Positions 23,773-32,805 of a stretch of 56,164 nt of DNA are shown here, piece by piece. Under the pieces are notes generated by a model, which saw only the letters and a program-made list of their open reading frames with translations, was not told the origin of the DNA and did not search any database. The stretch's first letter is position 1. Every line of letters begins with the position of its first letter. The DNA is from an uncultured Mycolicibacterium sp. (GTDB lineage Bacteria > Actinomycetota > Actinomycetes > Mycobacteriales > Mycobacteriaceae): NCBI GenBank assembly GCA_945957405.1, contig CAMFLL010000001.1:1-56164 (forward strand), read 5' to 3'. The position numbers and the translations under genes are program-made.

Positions 23773-25356
23773 ATGGCAACTGACCCACCCCTCCCGCCTG
23801 GAGGAATCGATGAAGTTGGTCGCATCGAAACCCGCGGCGTGGACTATATCCCCGAAGCTGAACGCCACTCCAAACCTCGCGAACTCACCACAGTGTTCTT
23901 CGGTACCCAATTATGTTTCGGCATAATCGTTCTGGGCTTCCTTCCGGTATCTTTCGGCCTCGGATGGTGGGGATCGATCACCTCCACCATCATCGGACTC
24001 GCGGTCGGATCTGCGATCTTCGCCCCCCTTGCCCTGCTGAGCACCCGCACTGGCACCAACAGTGCGGTGAGTTCGGGCGCACACTTCGGTGTCGTCGGAC
24101 GCATCGTGGGTTCTCTGGTCGGGATCTTCACGGCGGTCGGTTTCTATGCGCTGACGGTGTGGACCGGCGGAACGGCGTTGGTGGCAGGGCTCAACAAGCT
24201 GTTCGGCATGCCGGCAGGCAACGCTGAACTGGCCATCGCGTACGCACTGATTGCCGCGACCACGCTGATTGTGGCGATCTACGGCCATGCCAATGTGGTG
24301 TTGGCCAATCGGATCCTGGTGCCCACAATGGGTCTGCTGCTCATCGTGGGCGTCATCGTGCTGTTGCCGAAGTTCACCGTGCAACCCGCCAGCGCCGAGC
24401 CTCTGCTCGGCAGCTACGCAGCGACGTGGCTTCTCAGTGTCACCACTGCTGCTTCTCTGCCCATTTCCTACTCGCCCTACGTCGGTGACTACACGCGCTA
24501 CATCTCGTCCACGAGGTGGAGTTCAGGACGCATCGTGATGGCGACCGGTGTGGGAATGTTCATCGGCACAGCCGTTGCCCTGTGCTTCGCGATCTACGCA
24601 GCCATGGCGTTTCCCGCCGATGTCACCGACTGGGTGGTCGGGCTCGTGCAGAGCTCTCCTACCGCGTTTGCCGCAGCGATCGTCGTCATCGCACTGGTCG
24701 GATCCTGTGCTCAGGCTGCGCTGTGTGTCTACGGAACTGGCCTGGATACGTCCTCGATCATCCCGTCTCTCAAGCGCGTTCCCGCCACACTGCTCATCGG
24801 AGCACTGGGTACCGCGTTGGTCTACGTCGGCGCCTTCCTCTACAACCTGGTCGCCGCAGCCAGCGCATTCCTGATCATCCTGCTGGTGGTCACCGCGCCG
24901 TGGGTGGTGATCAACCTGATTGGCTACGCGCTGACCGGAGGCAAGTACTACACGCAGGATCTGCAGGTGTTCAACATGCAGCCGCGGATCGCCGGCGGCG
25001 CCTACTGGTTCTGGCACGGCTGGAATCCGGCGGCAATGCTGGCCTGGATCCCCGCGACAGTGATCGGCATGATGTTCGTCAACACCACGCTGTACGTCGG
25101 CCCACTCACCAATGCTGCGGGCGGAGTTGATCTGAGCTTCATCTCCTCCGCAGTGATCGGCGGGGTGCTCTACGCGATCCTCGTACGCACGATACCGGGC
25201 AGCATTGTGGTTCCCGGTTCAGTCAGCGAACAAGACGATGCCGTTCGACTCATCAAGCTACGAGAGTCGATCGGCTCCGGTACACCCATCGCCGCCCCGA
25301 AGGCCGTATACGATCCGGCGCTTGACACCGGAGCGCCGGCAGCAGAGCTGACCTGA
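23773..25356 (+). CDS. NCS1 / purine-cytosine permease family transporter (copy 1)
   Basis: IETRGVDYIPEAERH, SGAHFGVVG, SYSPYVGDYTRY, YGTGLD motifs; many TM segments. Confidence 0.9.
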   Translation: MATDPPLPPGGIDEVGRIETRGVDYIPEAERHSKPRELTTVFFGTQLCFGIIVLGFLPVSFGLGWWGSITSTIIGLAVGSAIFAPLALLSTRTGTNSAVSSGAHFGVVGRIVGSLVGIFTAVGFYALTVWTGGTALVAGLNKLFGMPAGNAELAIAYALIAATTLIVAIYGHANVVLANRILVPTMGLLLIVGVIVLLPKFTVQPASAEPLLGSYAATWLLSVTTAASLPISYSPYVGDYTRYISSTRWSSGRIVMATGVGMFIGTAVALCFAIYAAMAFPADVTDWVVGLVQSSPTAFAAAIVVIALVGSCAQAALCVYGTGLDTSSIIPSLKRVPATLLIGALGTALVYVGAFLYNLVAAASAFLIILLVVTAPWVVINLIGYALTGGKYYTQDLQVFNMQPRIAGGAYWFWHGWNPAAMLAWIPATVIGMMFVNTTLYVGPLTNAAGGVDLSFISSAVIGGVLYAILVRTIPGSIVVPGSVSEQDDAVRLIKLRESIGSGTPIAAPKAVYDPALDTGAPAAELT

Positions 25357-25397
25357 TCTTCAAAAATCCACTACAACAATCTGATTGGAGTCCATCA

Positions 25398-26153
25398 ATG
25401 ACTACCACTGAAAGCGCCCCCACCGCCAGGAGCTACCCGAAGTTCGGTGAGGAGATCATGCAGCGCCCCGTACGCGTCGTCGATCTCACGCGTGAAATCT
25501 TCGAAGGCATGCCGATGTGGTTCGGACACCAGAAAACCTTCATCAACACCAACCAGACCCACGACCAGTTCAAGACCACGTACAACACCCACCTCGGGTT
25601 TGAAGCGCACAACCTGCTCATCAGCGAACACGCGGGCACCCACACCGACGCGGTGTTCGAGTACGACCCCAACGGCCCCACGATCGACAAATCACCGCTG
25701 GAGTACTACTACGGCGAGGCCATCTGTCTGGATCTGCGGTCGGTGCACTACCCCGACTACATCACTCCCGCCGATCTCGAAGCGGCCCTCGCGGCAAGCG
25801 GCCAAGAGGTCCGTAAAGGTGATCACGTTCTGCTCTACACCGGCTACGGAGACTCCACCTATCCCGATCTGGCCTACACGGAGAAACACCCGGGCCTGAA
25901 CAGGGATGCAGCGCTATGGCTGGCGGAGCGTGGGGTGGTCAACATCGGCGTCGACAATGTGGCCATCGACCACGCCGATGATGCGGACTTCTCCGGGCAC
26001 AAGGTGTGCGGCGAATACGGCATCGTCAACACCGAGGGCTTGGCCAACCTCGATCAAGTGGTCAACCAGCGCTTCCTGTACTTCGGGCTGCCCTTGTTCA
26101 TCCGCAACGGCACTGGATCGCCGATCCGCGCCGTCGCCGTTTTCCAAGAGTGA
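25398..26153 (+). CDS. Cyclase family metal-dependent hydrolase (kynurenine formamidase-like, copy 1)
   Basis: VDLT, EHAGTHTD, LYTG, GVD, NTEGLANL, GTGSPIRAVA motifs. Confidence 0.92.
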   Translation: MTTTESAPTARSYPKFGEEIMQRPVRVVDLTREIFEGMPMWFGHQKTFINTNQTHDQFKTTYNTHLGFEAHNLLISEHAGTHTDAVFEYDPNGPTIDKSPLEYYYGEAICLDLRSVHYPDYITPADLEAALAASGQEVRKGDHVLLYTGYGDSTYPDLAYTEKHPGLNRDAALWLAERGVVNIGVDNVAIDHADDADFSGHKVCGEYGIVNTEGLANLDQVVNQRFLYFGLPLFIRNGTGSPIRAVAVFQE

Positions 26154-26186
26154 CCCCCAAACCCGTTACAGCAAGAGGAGCTATCT

Positions 26187-26642
26187 ATGACCCAGATCGA
26201 GCAGCCGTCCCTGCGAACTCGAGTCATGCCACCCGGATCGTGGGACTGGCATATTCCAACACCGTTTTCACAAGGCTGGCGTGTTGACAACCTCCTCTTT
26301 GTAGGCGGCCAACTCTCTGCTGACGAACACGGAAATGTTGTAGGTGAAGGTGATATCGAAGTACAGACACGCAATGTCTTCGAAGCTGTCACGGCAGTGC
26401 TCACTGAAGGCGGCGCCACGTGGGATGACGTCGTCAAGCTCAACACCTACTATGTGTGCAACGAGACCGGCGATGCGGTACGGGAATTCTGGGAGAAGAT
26501 GACCCGCATCCGGTTCGAATATCTCCCGACACCCGGCCCCGTCGGGACCGCGGTTCGAGTGGCAGGACTGATGTATGACGGGTTTCTGATCGAGGTGGAG
26601 GCCATCGCCGTTGTGGGCAGCGGAAAGAGCACCCTGTCCTGA
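26187..26642 (+). CDS. Rid/YjgF family protein (copy 1)
   Basis: PFSQG, LFVGGQ, DIEVQTRNVF, DVVKLN, LIEVEAIA motifs. Confidence 0.9.
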   Translation: MTQIEQPSLRTRVMPPGSWDWHIPTPFSQGWRVDNLLFVGGQLSADEHGNVVGEGDIEVQTRNVFEAVTAVLTEGGATWDDVVKLNTYYVCNETGDAVREFWEKMTRIRFEYLPTPGPVGTAVRVAGLMYDGFLIEVEAIAVVGSGKSTLS

Positions 26643-27943
26643 TGAGCATCCGCACCACTGGCACGGCGACGCCGACGAGGGTCACGGCATTGACCCGGAA
26701 GCTGCTTCAGATCGACACTTCCAATCCAGGACGGGCCGAGAAACCGGCCGCCGAGCTGGTTGCCGATCATCTCGCGGGGCTCGGTGTCGCCGTGCAGTGG
26801 TTTGAACCCGAGCCAGGCAGATGCAGTCTGGTCGGAAGGATTCCAGGCCAAGATTCCTCCCTACCCGCATTGTTACTTCATGGCCACCTCGACGTCGTAC
26901 CGGCGATCGAAAAAGACTGGCAACGCGATCCTTTCGGCGGGGACCTAGCGGACGGCTACCTGTGGGGACGCGGGGCCGTCGACATGAAAGGTACCGTCGG
27001 GATCATTCTCGACACGCTCCAAACGTTGCACGACCGTGGCGCACAGCCACGTCGAGACTTGGTGGTGGCATTCTTCGCCGACGAGGAAGCCGGCGGTCAA
27101 CTCGGTGCCGGCCACGTGATCCGCAGTCGCCCCGATCTGTTCATTGACTGCGGCGAAGCAATCGGAGAAGTCGGCGGATTCAGCCGCACCCTCGACGATC
27201 GAAACCGCGCATATTTCGTGGCCACCGCGGAGAAGGGTGTGTGGTGGTCACGCATCACGGCCACCGGCCGAGCCGGACACGGCAGCATGATCAATATGAA
27301 CAATGCAGTCTCGCATCTTGTTTCGGCCATCGCGAGAGTCGCCGAATACACCGGCCATCAGACACCGACAGCGGCAACGACCGCCATGTTCTATCGGCTC
27401 CGGACTGTCCTCGATCTGCCCGATGCGTCCGCCGAGGAGCTGATCGAGCGTCTGGGTCCGCTGAGCAGGATGGTGCAGGCCGGCCTTTGCAACACCGTCA
27501 ATCCCACCCAACTCGAGGCCGGTTACAAATCCAATGTCGTACCGGGCACCGCATCGGGCACATTGGACTGCCGCTTCTTACCCGGCACAGAGGCCCGCTT
27601 CCGCGACGAAGTTTCGGCCCTCGCCGGTGACCGAGTGCGACTCGAGGACATCTATCGCGGCCCAGCAGTCGAAGCCTCCCTCGACTCGGCACTCCTCGAA
27701 TCGATCGGCGACGCCCTGCGTCACGAAGACCGGATGGCTTTCGTCTTGCCCTATATGAGCACCGCTTTCACCGACGCCAAGTGGCTCGCGCAGCTCGGTA
27801 TCCAATGTTATGGGTTCGCCCCTATGCTGCTGCCCGACGAACTGGACTTCACCGCCCTGTTTCACGGAGTGGACGAACGAGTCCCAACCACCGCGCTGGA
27901 CTTCGGCGTACGTGTCTTCGACCGGCTGCTCAGCAATTACTGA
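26642..27943 (+). CDS. M20/M25/M40 family metallo-hydrolase (ArgE/DapE-like)
   Basis: LLHGHLDVVP, WGRGAVDMK, ADEEAGG, GEVGG, TDAK, FHGVDER motifs. Confidence 0.92.
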   Translation: MSIRTTGTATPTRVTALTRKLLQIDTSNPGRAEKPAAELVADHLAGLGVAVQWFEPEPGRCSLVGRIPGQDSSLPALLLHGHLDVVPAIEKDWQRDPFGGDLADGYLWGRGAVDMKGTVGIILDTLQTLHDRGAQPRRDLVVAFFADEEAGGQLGAGHVIRSRPDLFIDCGEAIGEVGGFSRTLDDRNRAYFVATAEKGVWWSRITATGRAGHGSMINMNNAVSHLVSAIARVAEYTGHQTPTAATTAMFYRLRTVLDLPDASAEELIERLGPLSRMVQAGLCNTVNPTQLEAGYKSNVVPGTASGTLDCRFLPGTEARFRDEVSALAGDRVRLEDIYRGPAVEASLDSALLESIGDALRHEDRMAFVLPYMSTAFTDAKWLAQLGIQCYGFAPMLLPDELDFTALFHGVDERVPTTALDFGVRVFDRLLSNY

Positions 27944-28039
27944 TCCCGCGACATGAGCGGAGACGAGCAGACCTGAACGAGAAGGTATCCCGGACTGCCA
28001 GCTTCGAGCAGGTACTGGCTCACGCCCACTCCCATGGAG

Positions 28040-29452
28040 TCAACACTCCACGACGTTGACCGCCAGGCCGCCGGTCGAGGTCTCCTTATAGCGGTCGGAC
28101 ATGTCGTTACCGGTCTGGCGCATGGTTTCGATCGCGACGTCCAGCGAGACGTGGTGGCGCCCGCTGCCGTGTAGTGCCATCCGCGCCGCCGACACTGCGG
28201 TGACCGATGCGACGGCATTGCGTTCGATACAGGGAATCTGAACCAGGCCACCGACGGGATCGCAGGTCAGCCCGAGGTGGTGCTCGATGGCGATCTCGGC
28301 GGCATTCTCGATCTGCGCCGGCGTCCCGCCCAGGACGGCGCATAGCCCGGCCGCCGCCATCGCGCAGGCGGACCCGACTTCTCCCTGGCAGCCCAGTTCG
28401 GCTCCCGAGATGGAGGCGTTGCGTTTGATCAGCGTGCCGATGACGCCCGCGGTGAGCAGATATGTGCGCACCGCGGCCGGCGTGGCGACGAGGAATCGTT
28501 CGCAATAGGTCATGACCGCCGGCACGATGCCCGCGGCGCCGTTGGTGGGTGCGGTGACGATCCGGTTCCCGGCCGCATTCTCCTCGTTGACGGCAATGGC
28601 GAAGGCGTGCAGCCACTCCGCACTGAGATCGCGGGCAGAAGTCTCTGCGGAGAGGCGCTGGGCGATGCCCGCTGCTCGCCGCTGAACCTGGAGCGGGCCT
28701 GGCAGCGGCCCGCTGCCGCGGAGCCCGGCGGCCACACAATCGCGCATCGCCGCCGCGATGGCGTCCAGGCGCTCACAGGCCGTGGCATACGGACGCATTC
28801 CGTTGCAGACGGCCTCGTTACGCAGTGCCACTTCGGCGATGTCCACGCCCTCGGTGGCACAGATGGCCATGAGCTCATTGGCAGAGTTGAACACCCGCCA
28901 CACGGGGCGAGGATCAAGTCTTTGTGCTTCGCCGGCGCGGATCACGAAGCCGCCGCCGATGGAGTACGCCAGATCGCGATGGAGCTCCATCCCCGCGGCG
29001 TCGCGGAAAATGACCTCGACGGCATTGGTGTGTAGCGGCCGGCGTTCGCGTGGCCGAAATTCGACATCGTCGTAGCCCAGGGCCGCGGGATGTGTACCGC
29101 AGAGTCGGACAACGGGTTCCGCTCTCAGACCGGCCCACCGATTCCGTACCTCGGCGGGATCGCAGGTTCGAGGATCATGACCTTCCAGGCCTGCGACGAC
29201 GGCGTCCGGTGTCCCGTGCCCGATCCCCGTCGCGGCGAGCGATCCGTACAGGACGACCGAGACCGAGGCCACATCCGCCAAAAGCCCGCGGGCCTGCACT
29301 TCGGCGACGGCTTGGGCGGCGGCCTTCATCGGACCCACCGTGTGTGACGAAGACGGGCCGATACCGATGCTGAACATGTCGAACACGGAGATGTCGGTGG
29401 CGTCGCGCTGTTCGGTGGCTGCGGAGGTGATGGACACGGCGGTGATGGACAT
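28040..29452 (-). CDS. sdaA: L-serine ammonia-lyase, iron-sulfur dependent
   Basis: [70 protein letters not shown] motifs. Confidence 0.93.
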   Translation of the reverse strand: MSITAVSITSAATEQRDATDISVFDMFSIGIGPSSSHTVGPMKAAAQAVAEVQARGLLADVASVSVVLYGSLAATGIGHGTPDAVVAGLEGHDPRTCDPAEVRNRWAGLRAEPVVRLCGTHPAALGYDDVEFRPRERRPLHTNAVEVIFRDAAGMELHRDLAYSIGGGFVIRAGEAQRLDPRPVWRVFNSANELMAICATEGVDIAEVALRNEAVCNGMRPYATACERLDAIAAAMRDCVAAGLRGSGPLPGPLQVQRRAAGIAQRLSAETSARDLSAEWLHAFAIAVNEENAAGNRIVTAPTNGAAGIVPAVMTYCERFLVATPAAVRTYLLTAGVIGTLIKRNASISGAELGCQGEVGSACAMAAAGLCAVLGGTPAQIENAAEIAIEHHLGLTCDPVGGLVQIPCIERNAVASVTAVSAARMALHGSGRHHVSLDVAIETMRQTGNDMSDRYKETSTGGLAVNVVEC

Positions 29453-29472
29453 CGGTGATTGCCTCATCTCGG

Positions 29473-30681
29473 TCAGCGGGCGGCGGGCGCCATGGTCCGC
29501 ACCGCCCGCTCCGCCAGCAGTGCGAGCCGCTCGACAGCCCATTCGGCTTCGAATCGTGCTATCGCATCAAGAATCGAATCGTCGAACACCGCGCGCGGTG
29601 AATGGTTGGCCGGCGGATCAGGATCGTCGCCGGACCCCGCCCCGACCATGACGAACACACCAGGGATCTGGTCGAGCACCCAGCAGAAGTCCTCAGAAAT
29701 GGTGTACGGCTGGCTCAAGGTACGGACGTGGGCGGCGCCGAGTACCGATGTCGCAATGCGTTGTGCGATATCGGTTTCGGCGGCGTCGGACATCGTGGGA
29801 ATCGTGTCCTGCCGGACCTCAACCTCCGCGCGGAGACCGTGTGCGGCCGCGACGCCGTGCGCGACATCGTCAACGATGCGCAGCGCACGGTCGGTGGTGT
29901 CCTTCGAATAGGTCCGAAGGGTGCCGCCGACCTCTGCGGTATCGGCGATGACGTTGTGTTGGGTTCCGGCCGTGAGTAATCCGAATGTCAAGGTCACCGG
30001 CTCGAACATCGAGATCCCACGACTGAGCGCGATCTGAACCGTTGCCACATACTCGGCGGCGGCGGGCACCGGGTCGGCGGCCAGGTGCGGGGCCGAGCCG
30101 TGGCCGCCGCGACCGTGGAACCGGATCGTGACGATGTTCGATCCTGACAGCACGGCTCCCGGACGGAATGCCAACGTGCCCAGCGGTAGATCGTAGGACA
30201 GCACGTGCAGCCCCAGCGCGGCATCGACCCGGCGACCCGTACTGTCGAGGACACCTTCGCCGAGCATGAGCTTGGCACCGCCCCACGCCTCTTCCCCCGG
30301 CTGGAACATGAAGACGACGTCGCCGCACAACTCGTCTCGCCGACACGCCAAGCTCCGGGCCGCCCCTACCAACGCCGCCATGTGCAGGTCGTGGCCGCAG
30401 GCATGCATCGCCGATCCGGCCGCCGCGAAGGGTGATCCGGTGGCTTCGGTGACAGGCAGTGCATCCATGTCGGAGCGGATGAGCACCACCGGCCGGGGGT
30501 GGTCGACGGGTGCTGTTCCGGTGAGGACCGCCGTCACCGACGTCAGCGCGGTCCCCGTGCGGATCGTCATCCCGAGCGTCTGCAGCTCACGTGTGAGGAT
30601 GGCCTGGGTTCGGGGCAGGTTCAGCCCCACTTCAGGGGTGCCGTGGAGTTCGCGCCGCAGCTCTTGCAACGTGGGATTCAT
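29473..30681 (-). CDS. M20D amidohydrolase (hippuricase/aminoacylase-like)
   Basis: RRELHGTPE, RSDMDALP, MHACGHD, FQPGEE, GGHGS.PH, SEDF, NHSP motifs; start ATG 30681. Confidence 0.92.
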   Translation of the reverse strand: MNPTLQELRRELHGTPEVGLNLPRTQAILTRELQTLGMTIRTGTALTSVTAVLTGTAPVDHPRPVVLIRSDMDALPVTEATGSPFAAAGSAMHACGHDLHMAALVGAARSLACRRDELCGDVVFMFQPGEEAWGGAKLMLGEGVLDSTGRRVDAALGLHVLSYDLPLGTLAFRPGAVLSGSNIVTIRFHGRGGHGSAPHLAADPVPAAAEYVATVQIALSRGISMFEPVTLTFGLLTAGTQHNVIADTAEVGGTLRTYSKDTTDRALRIVDDVAHGVAAAHGLRAEVEVRQDTIPTMSDAAETDIAQRIATSVLGAAHVRTLSQPYTISEDFCWVLDQIPGVFVMVGAGSGDDPDPPANHSPRAVFDDSILDAIARFEAEWAVERLALLAERAVRTMAPAAR

Positions 30682-31325
30682 GCCCGCACCCGGCCGATGG
30701 GGTGGTCGGCCGTCAGTGTCACCGCGCCGGCGGCGGTGTCGATGGTGACCGCGGTAATTCCCCGTCCATCCGCGGCGCACACCACAGGCAGCTCCGCGGT
30801 GCCTCGCATCAGCCAGGTGTCGAGATCAGCTTGCGTCTCCCCGATCGTCACGGTCGGCACGCCCATCGGCGCGACACGATGGGCGGCCGCCATTTCCGCC
30901 GGGTGGGCACTGTTGGCATCTCTGGCCAACAGGAACGGCAGCCCCGGCGATACCAACGCTTGAGTCATCCCGATGTGACGGATACCGACGCCGCGCCGCG
31001 TCAGTCGGCCGACGTCGAGGCCGCGCTCATCGGCACGGGTTTCCAACTCGTCGGGGTCAACCTCGACGGCCCAGCCTGCAAATGCATCATCCCCGGTGCG
31101 GAGTCCGCTGAGCACCAGACGTCCGAAGTCGTTCGCTTGAGCGAGCTCTCGGTCATGGACGGCCACCAGCTCCAGGTACGCGCGGCCGAGCGGCACTATG
31201 TAGTTACGGGTGCCGAGCCCGTCGTGCACGCCACCTTCGATCGCGGTCAGTCCCGTCCGCGAGGCAAGATCACGCGCCGACCGCGTCAGGTCGGTGGTGG
31301 CAATGATGATGTGGTCGAGCTGCAT
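30678..31325 (-). CDS. VOC / glyoxalase-like family protein
   Basis: LDHIIIA..DL, GGVH..LGTRN..VPL...YLEL motifs. Confidence 0.85.
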   Translation of the reverse strand: MQLDHIIIATTDLTRSARDLASRTGLTAIEGGVHDGLGTRNYIVPLGRAYLELVAVHDRELAQANDFGRLVLSGLRTGDDAFAGWAVEVDPDELETRADERGLDVGRLTRRGVGIRHIGMTQALVSPGLPFLLARDANSAHPAEMAAAHRVAPMGVPTVTIGETQADLDTWLMRGTAELPVVCAADGRGITAVTIDTAAGAVTLTADHPIGRVRA

Positions 31326-31350
31326 ACCGACAGAGCCTTTCAGATGCGCG

Positions 31351-31396
31351 CGACGGACCCGACCGGATCGGAGGGCAAAGCCGGTCGGGCCCGTCG
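31351..31396 (-). terminator. Intergenic stem-loop downstream of cyclase copy 2
   Basis: On the minus strand CGACGGGCCCGACCGG pairs with CCGGTCGGGTCCGTCG (16 bp, one G-U), 14-nt loop; no clear U-tract. Confidence 0.5.
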
Positions 31397-31412
31397 AGAC
31401 CGTGACAGAACC

Positions 31413-32246
31413 TCAGGGCAAGACGGCGACGGCACGGATCGGTGAACCCGTGCCCCCCTCGATGTAGAGGGGCAGCCCGAAGAACTGGAAGCGCTTGTTC
31501 ACCAGTTGGTCGAGATTGGCCAGATGCTCGGTGTTCACCAGGCCGTACTTCTTGCAGACCATGTGGCCGCTGAACTTGTTGTCGGCACTGTGATCGATGG
31601 CACTGCAATCGGTTCCGATGTTGACGATGCCCTTGTTCGCCAGATACTCCAATCCGTCCCACGAGAAGCCCGGGTTGTGGTTGATGTACTGGGCTGTCGG
31701 GAAATGGCGGTCACCGTAGTCGAACCACGCCAGCACGATGTCACCGGGCCTGATGCTCTCTCCGGCCGCCTCGAGCTTGGCTTCGGCGCGCCGGACGACG
31801 TCTTCGGTGGCCCAGCCACGGAAGTCCGGGTCGGGGTCGAGGAACTGCGCCTCCGACAGGTCCAGGCACACCGCGGAGCCGTAGTACATCTCCAGGGCCA
31901 GCTTTTCGAGTGGCAGGCCGGCGGGGTCGTATTCGATGGTGGCGTCGGTGTGGGTGCCAGCATGCTCACTGATGATCAAATTCCGTGCGTAGAAGCCGAT
32001 CTCGGTGTTGTGGAGCTCCTTGAAACGTTCGTGATCCTGGTTGGTCGGGGTGAACGTCTTCTGGTGCCCGAACCACATCGGCATGCCCTCGTACAGCGGC
32101 CTCGTCAGGTCGACAAGGTTCTCACGCCGGTCGAGCAAGGTGGCTCCGAGCAGCGGCGTACTGGCCGGCGGCGTGCGTACCGCGGATTCCTCCAGGGCCT
32201 TCTGCTGGCCTTCCGCGACCAGTTCGGCCCGTGTGGTGACTGTCAT
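31413..32246 (-). CDS. Cyclase family metal-dependent hydrolase (copy 2)
   Basis: EHAGTHTD, NTEHLANL, GTGSPIRAVA; shares EGMPMWFGHQKTF with copy 1. Confidence 0.92.
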   Translation of the reverse strand: MTVTTRAELVAEGQQKALEESAVRTPPASTPLLGATLLDRRENLVDLTRPLYEGMPMWFGHQKTFTPTNQDHERFKELHNTEIGFYARNLIISEHAGTHTDATIEYDPAGLPLEKLALEMYYGSAVCLDLSEAQFLDPDPDFRGWATEDVVRRAEAKLEAAGESIRPGDIVLAWFDYGDRHFPTAQYINHNPGFSWDGLEYLANKGIVNIGTDCSAIDHSADNKFSGHMVCKKYGLVNTEHLANLDQLVNKRFQFFGLPLYIEGGTGSPIRAVAVLP

Positions 32247-32258
32247 GACATCTTCCTT

Positions 32259-32795
32259 TCAGGCTTGCCGGGCGAGGGCACGGAATGTGCGATTGAAATA
32301 CAGCAGCGGGTCGTGCTCCGGTCCCGATCGTGACCACCGCACTTCGCCGACCACGAGGTCGTGCTCGACGATCTGCGCGCGTGACACCATGACGCAGTCG
32401 AGGTTGTAGAGCGCATCGGCGATCTGCGGGGTGTTGACCGTAGGGTCGTTGTGGTGGATCAAGAGTGCCGGGTCGAGGAACTTCGGGGTTCCCGGCATCG
32501 CCGACGTCGCAGCCAGTTCCGCCTGTGCCGCCGACAGGATGTTGATGCCGAATCGTCGACCCGACGCAATTGCGGCCGCAGCGGCGGAATTCGACTTCAG
32601 CGAGCACACCAGGCGCGGCGGTGCCGCTGACAGCGATGAACACGAGCTGATCGTCACTCCCCACGGCTGGCCGTCGACCTCGACCGTCAAGATCACCACA
32701 CCGGTCGCAAGGACCCGCATCGCGTCGACGAACTTGGGTGTCTGCTCGGTGGTGACCGCCGCGGGATTGGTCGCGTTGGACGTTGTCGGACTCAT
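32259..32795 (-). CDS. Flavin reductase (HpaC-like)
   Basis: AMRVLATGVVILT, GVTISSCSSLS..PP, FGINIL, HDLVVGEV, PLLY motifs. Confidence 0.9.
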   Translation of the reverse strand: MSPTTSNATNPAAVTTEQTPKFVDAMRVLATGVVILTVEVDGQPWGVTISSCSSLSAAPPRLVCSLKSNSAAAAAIASGRRFGINILSAAQAELAATSAMPGTPKFLDPALLIHHNDPTVNTPQIADALYNLDCVMVSRAQIVEHDLVVGEVRWSRSGPEHDPLLYFNRTFRALARQA

Positions 32796-32805
32796 GATGC
32801 ACACC

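Noticed and set aside
29425-29452. Short tandem repeat GGTGATGGACA at the sdaA start
   Set aside because: Two copies encoding SIT; trivial.
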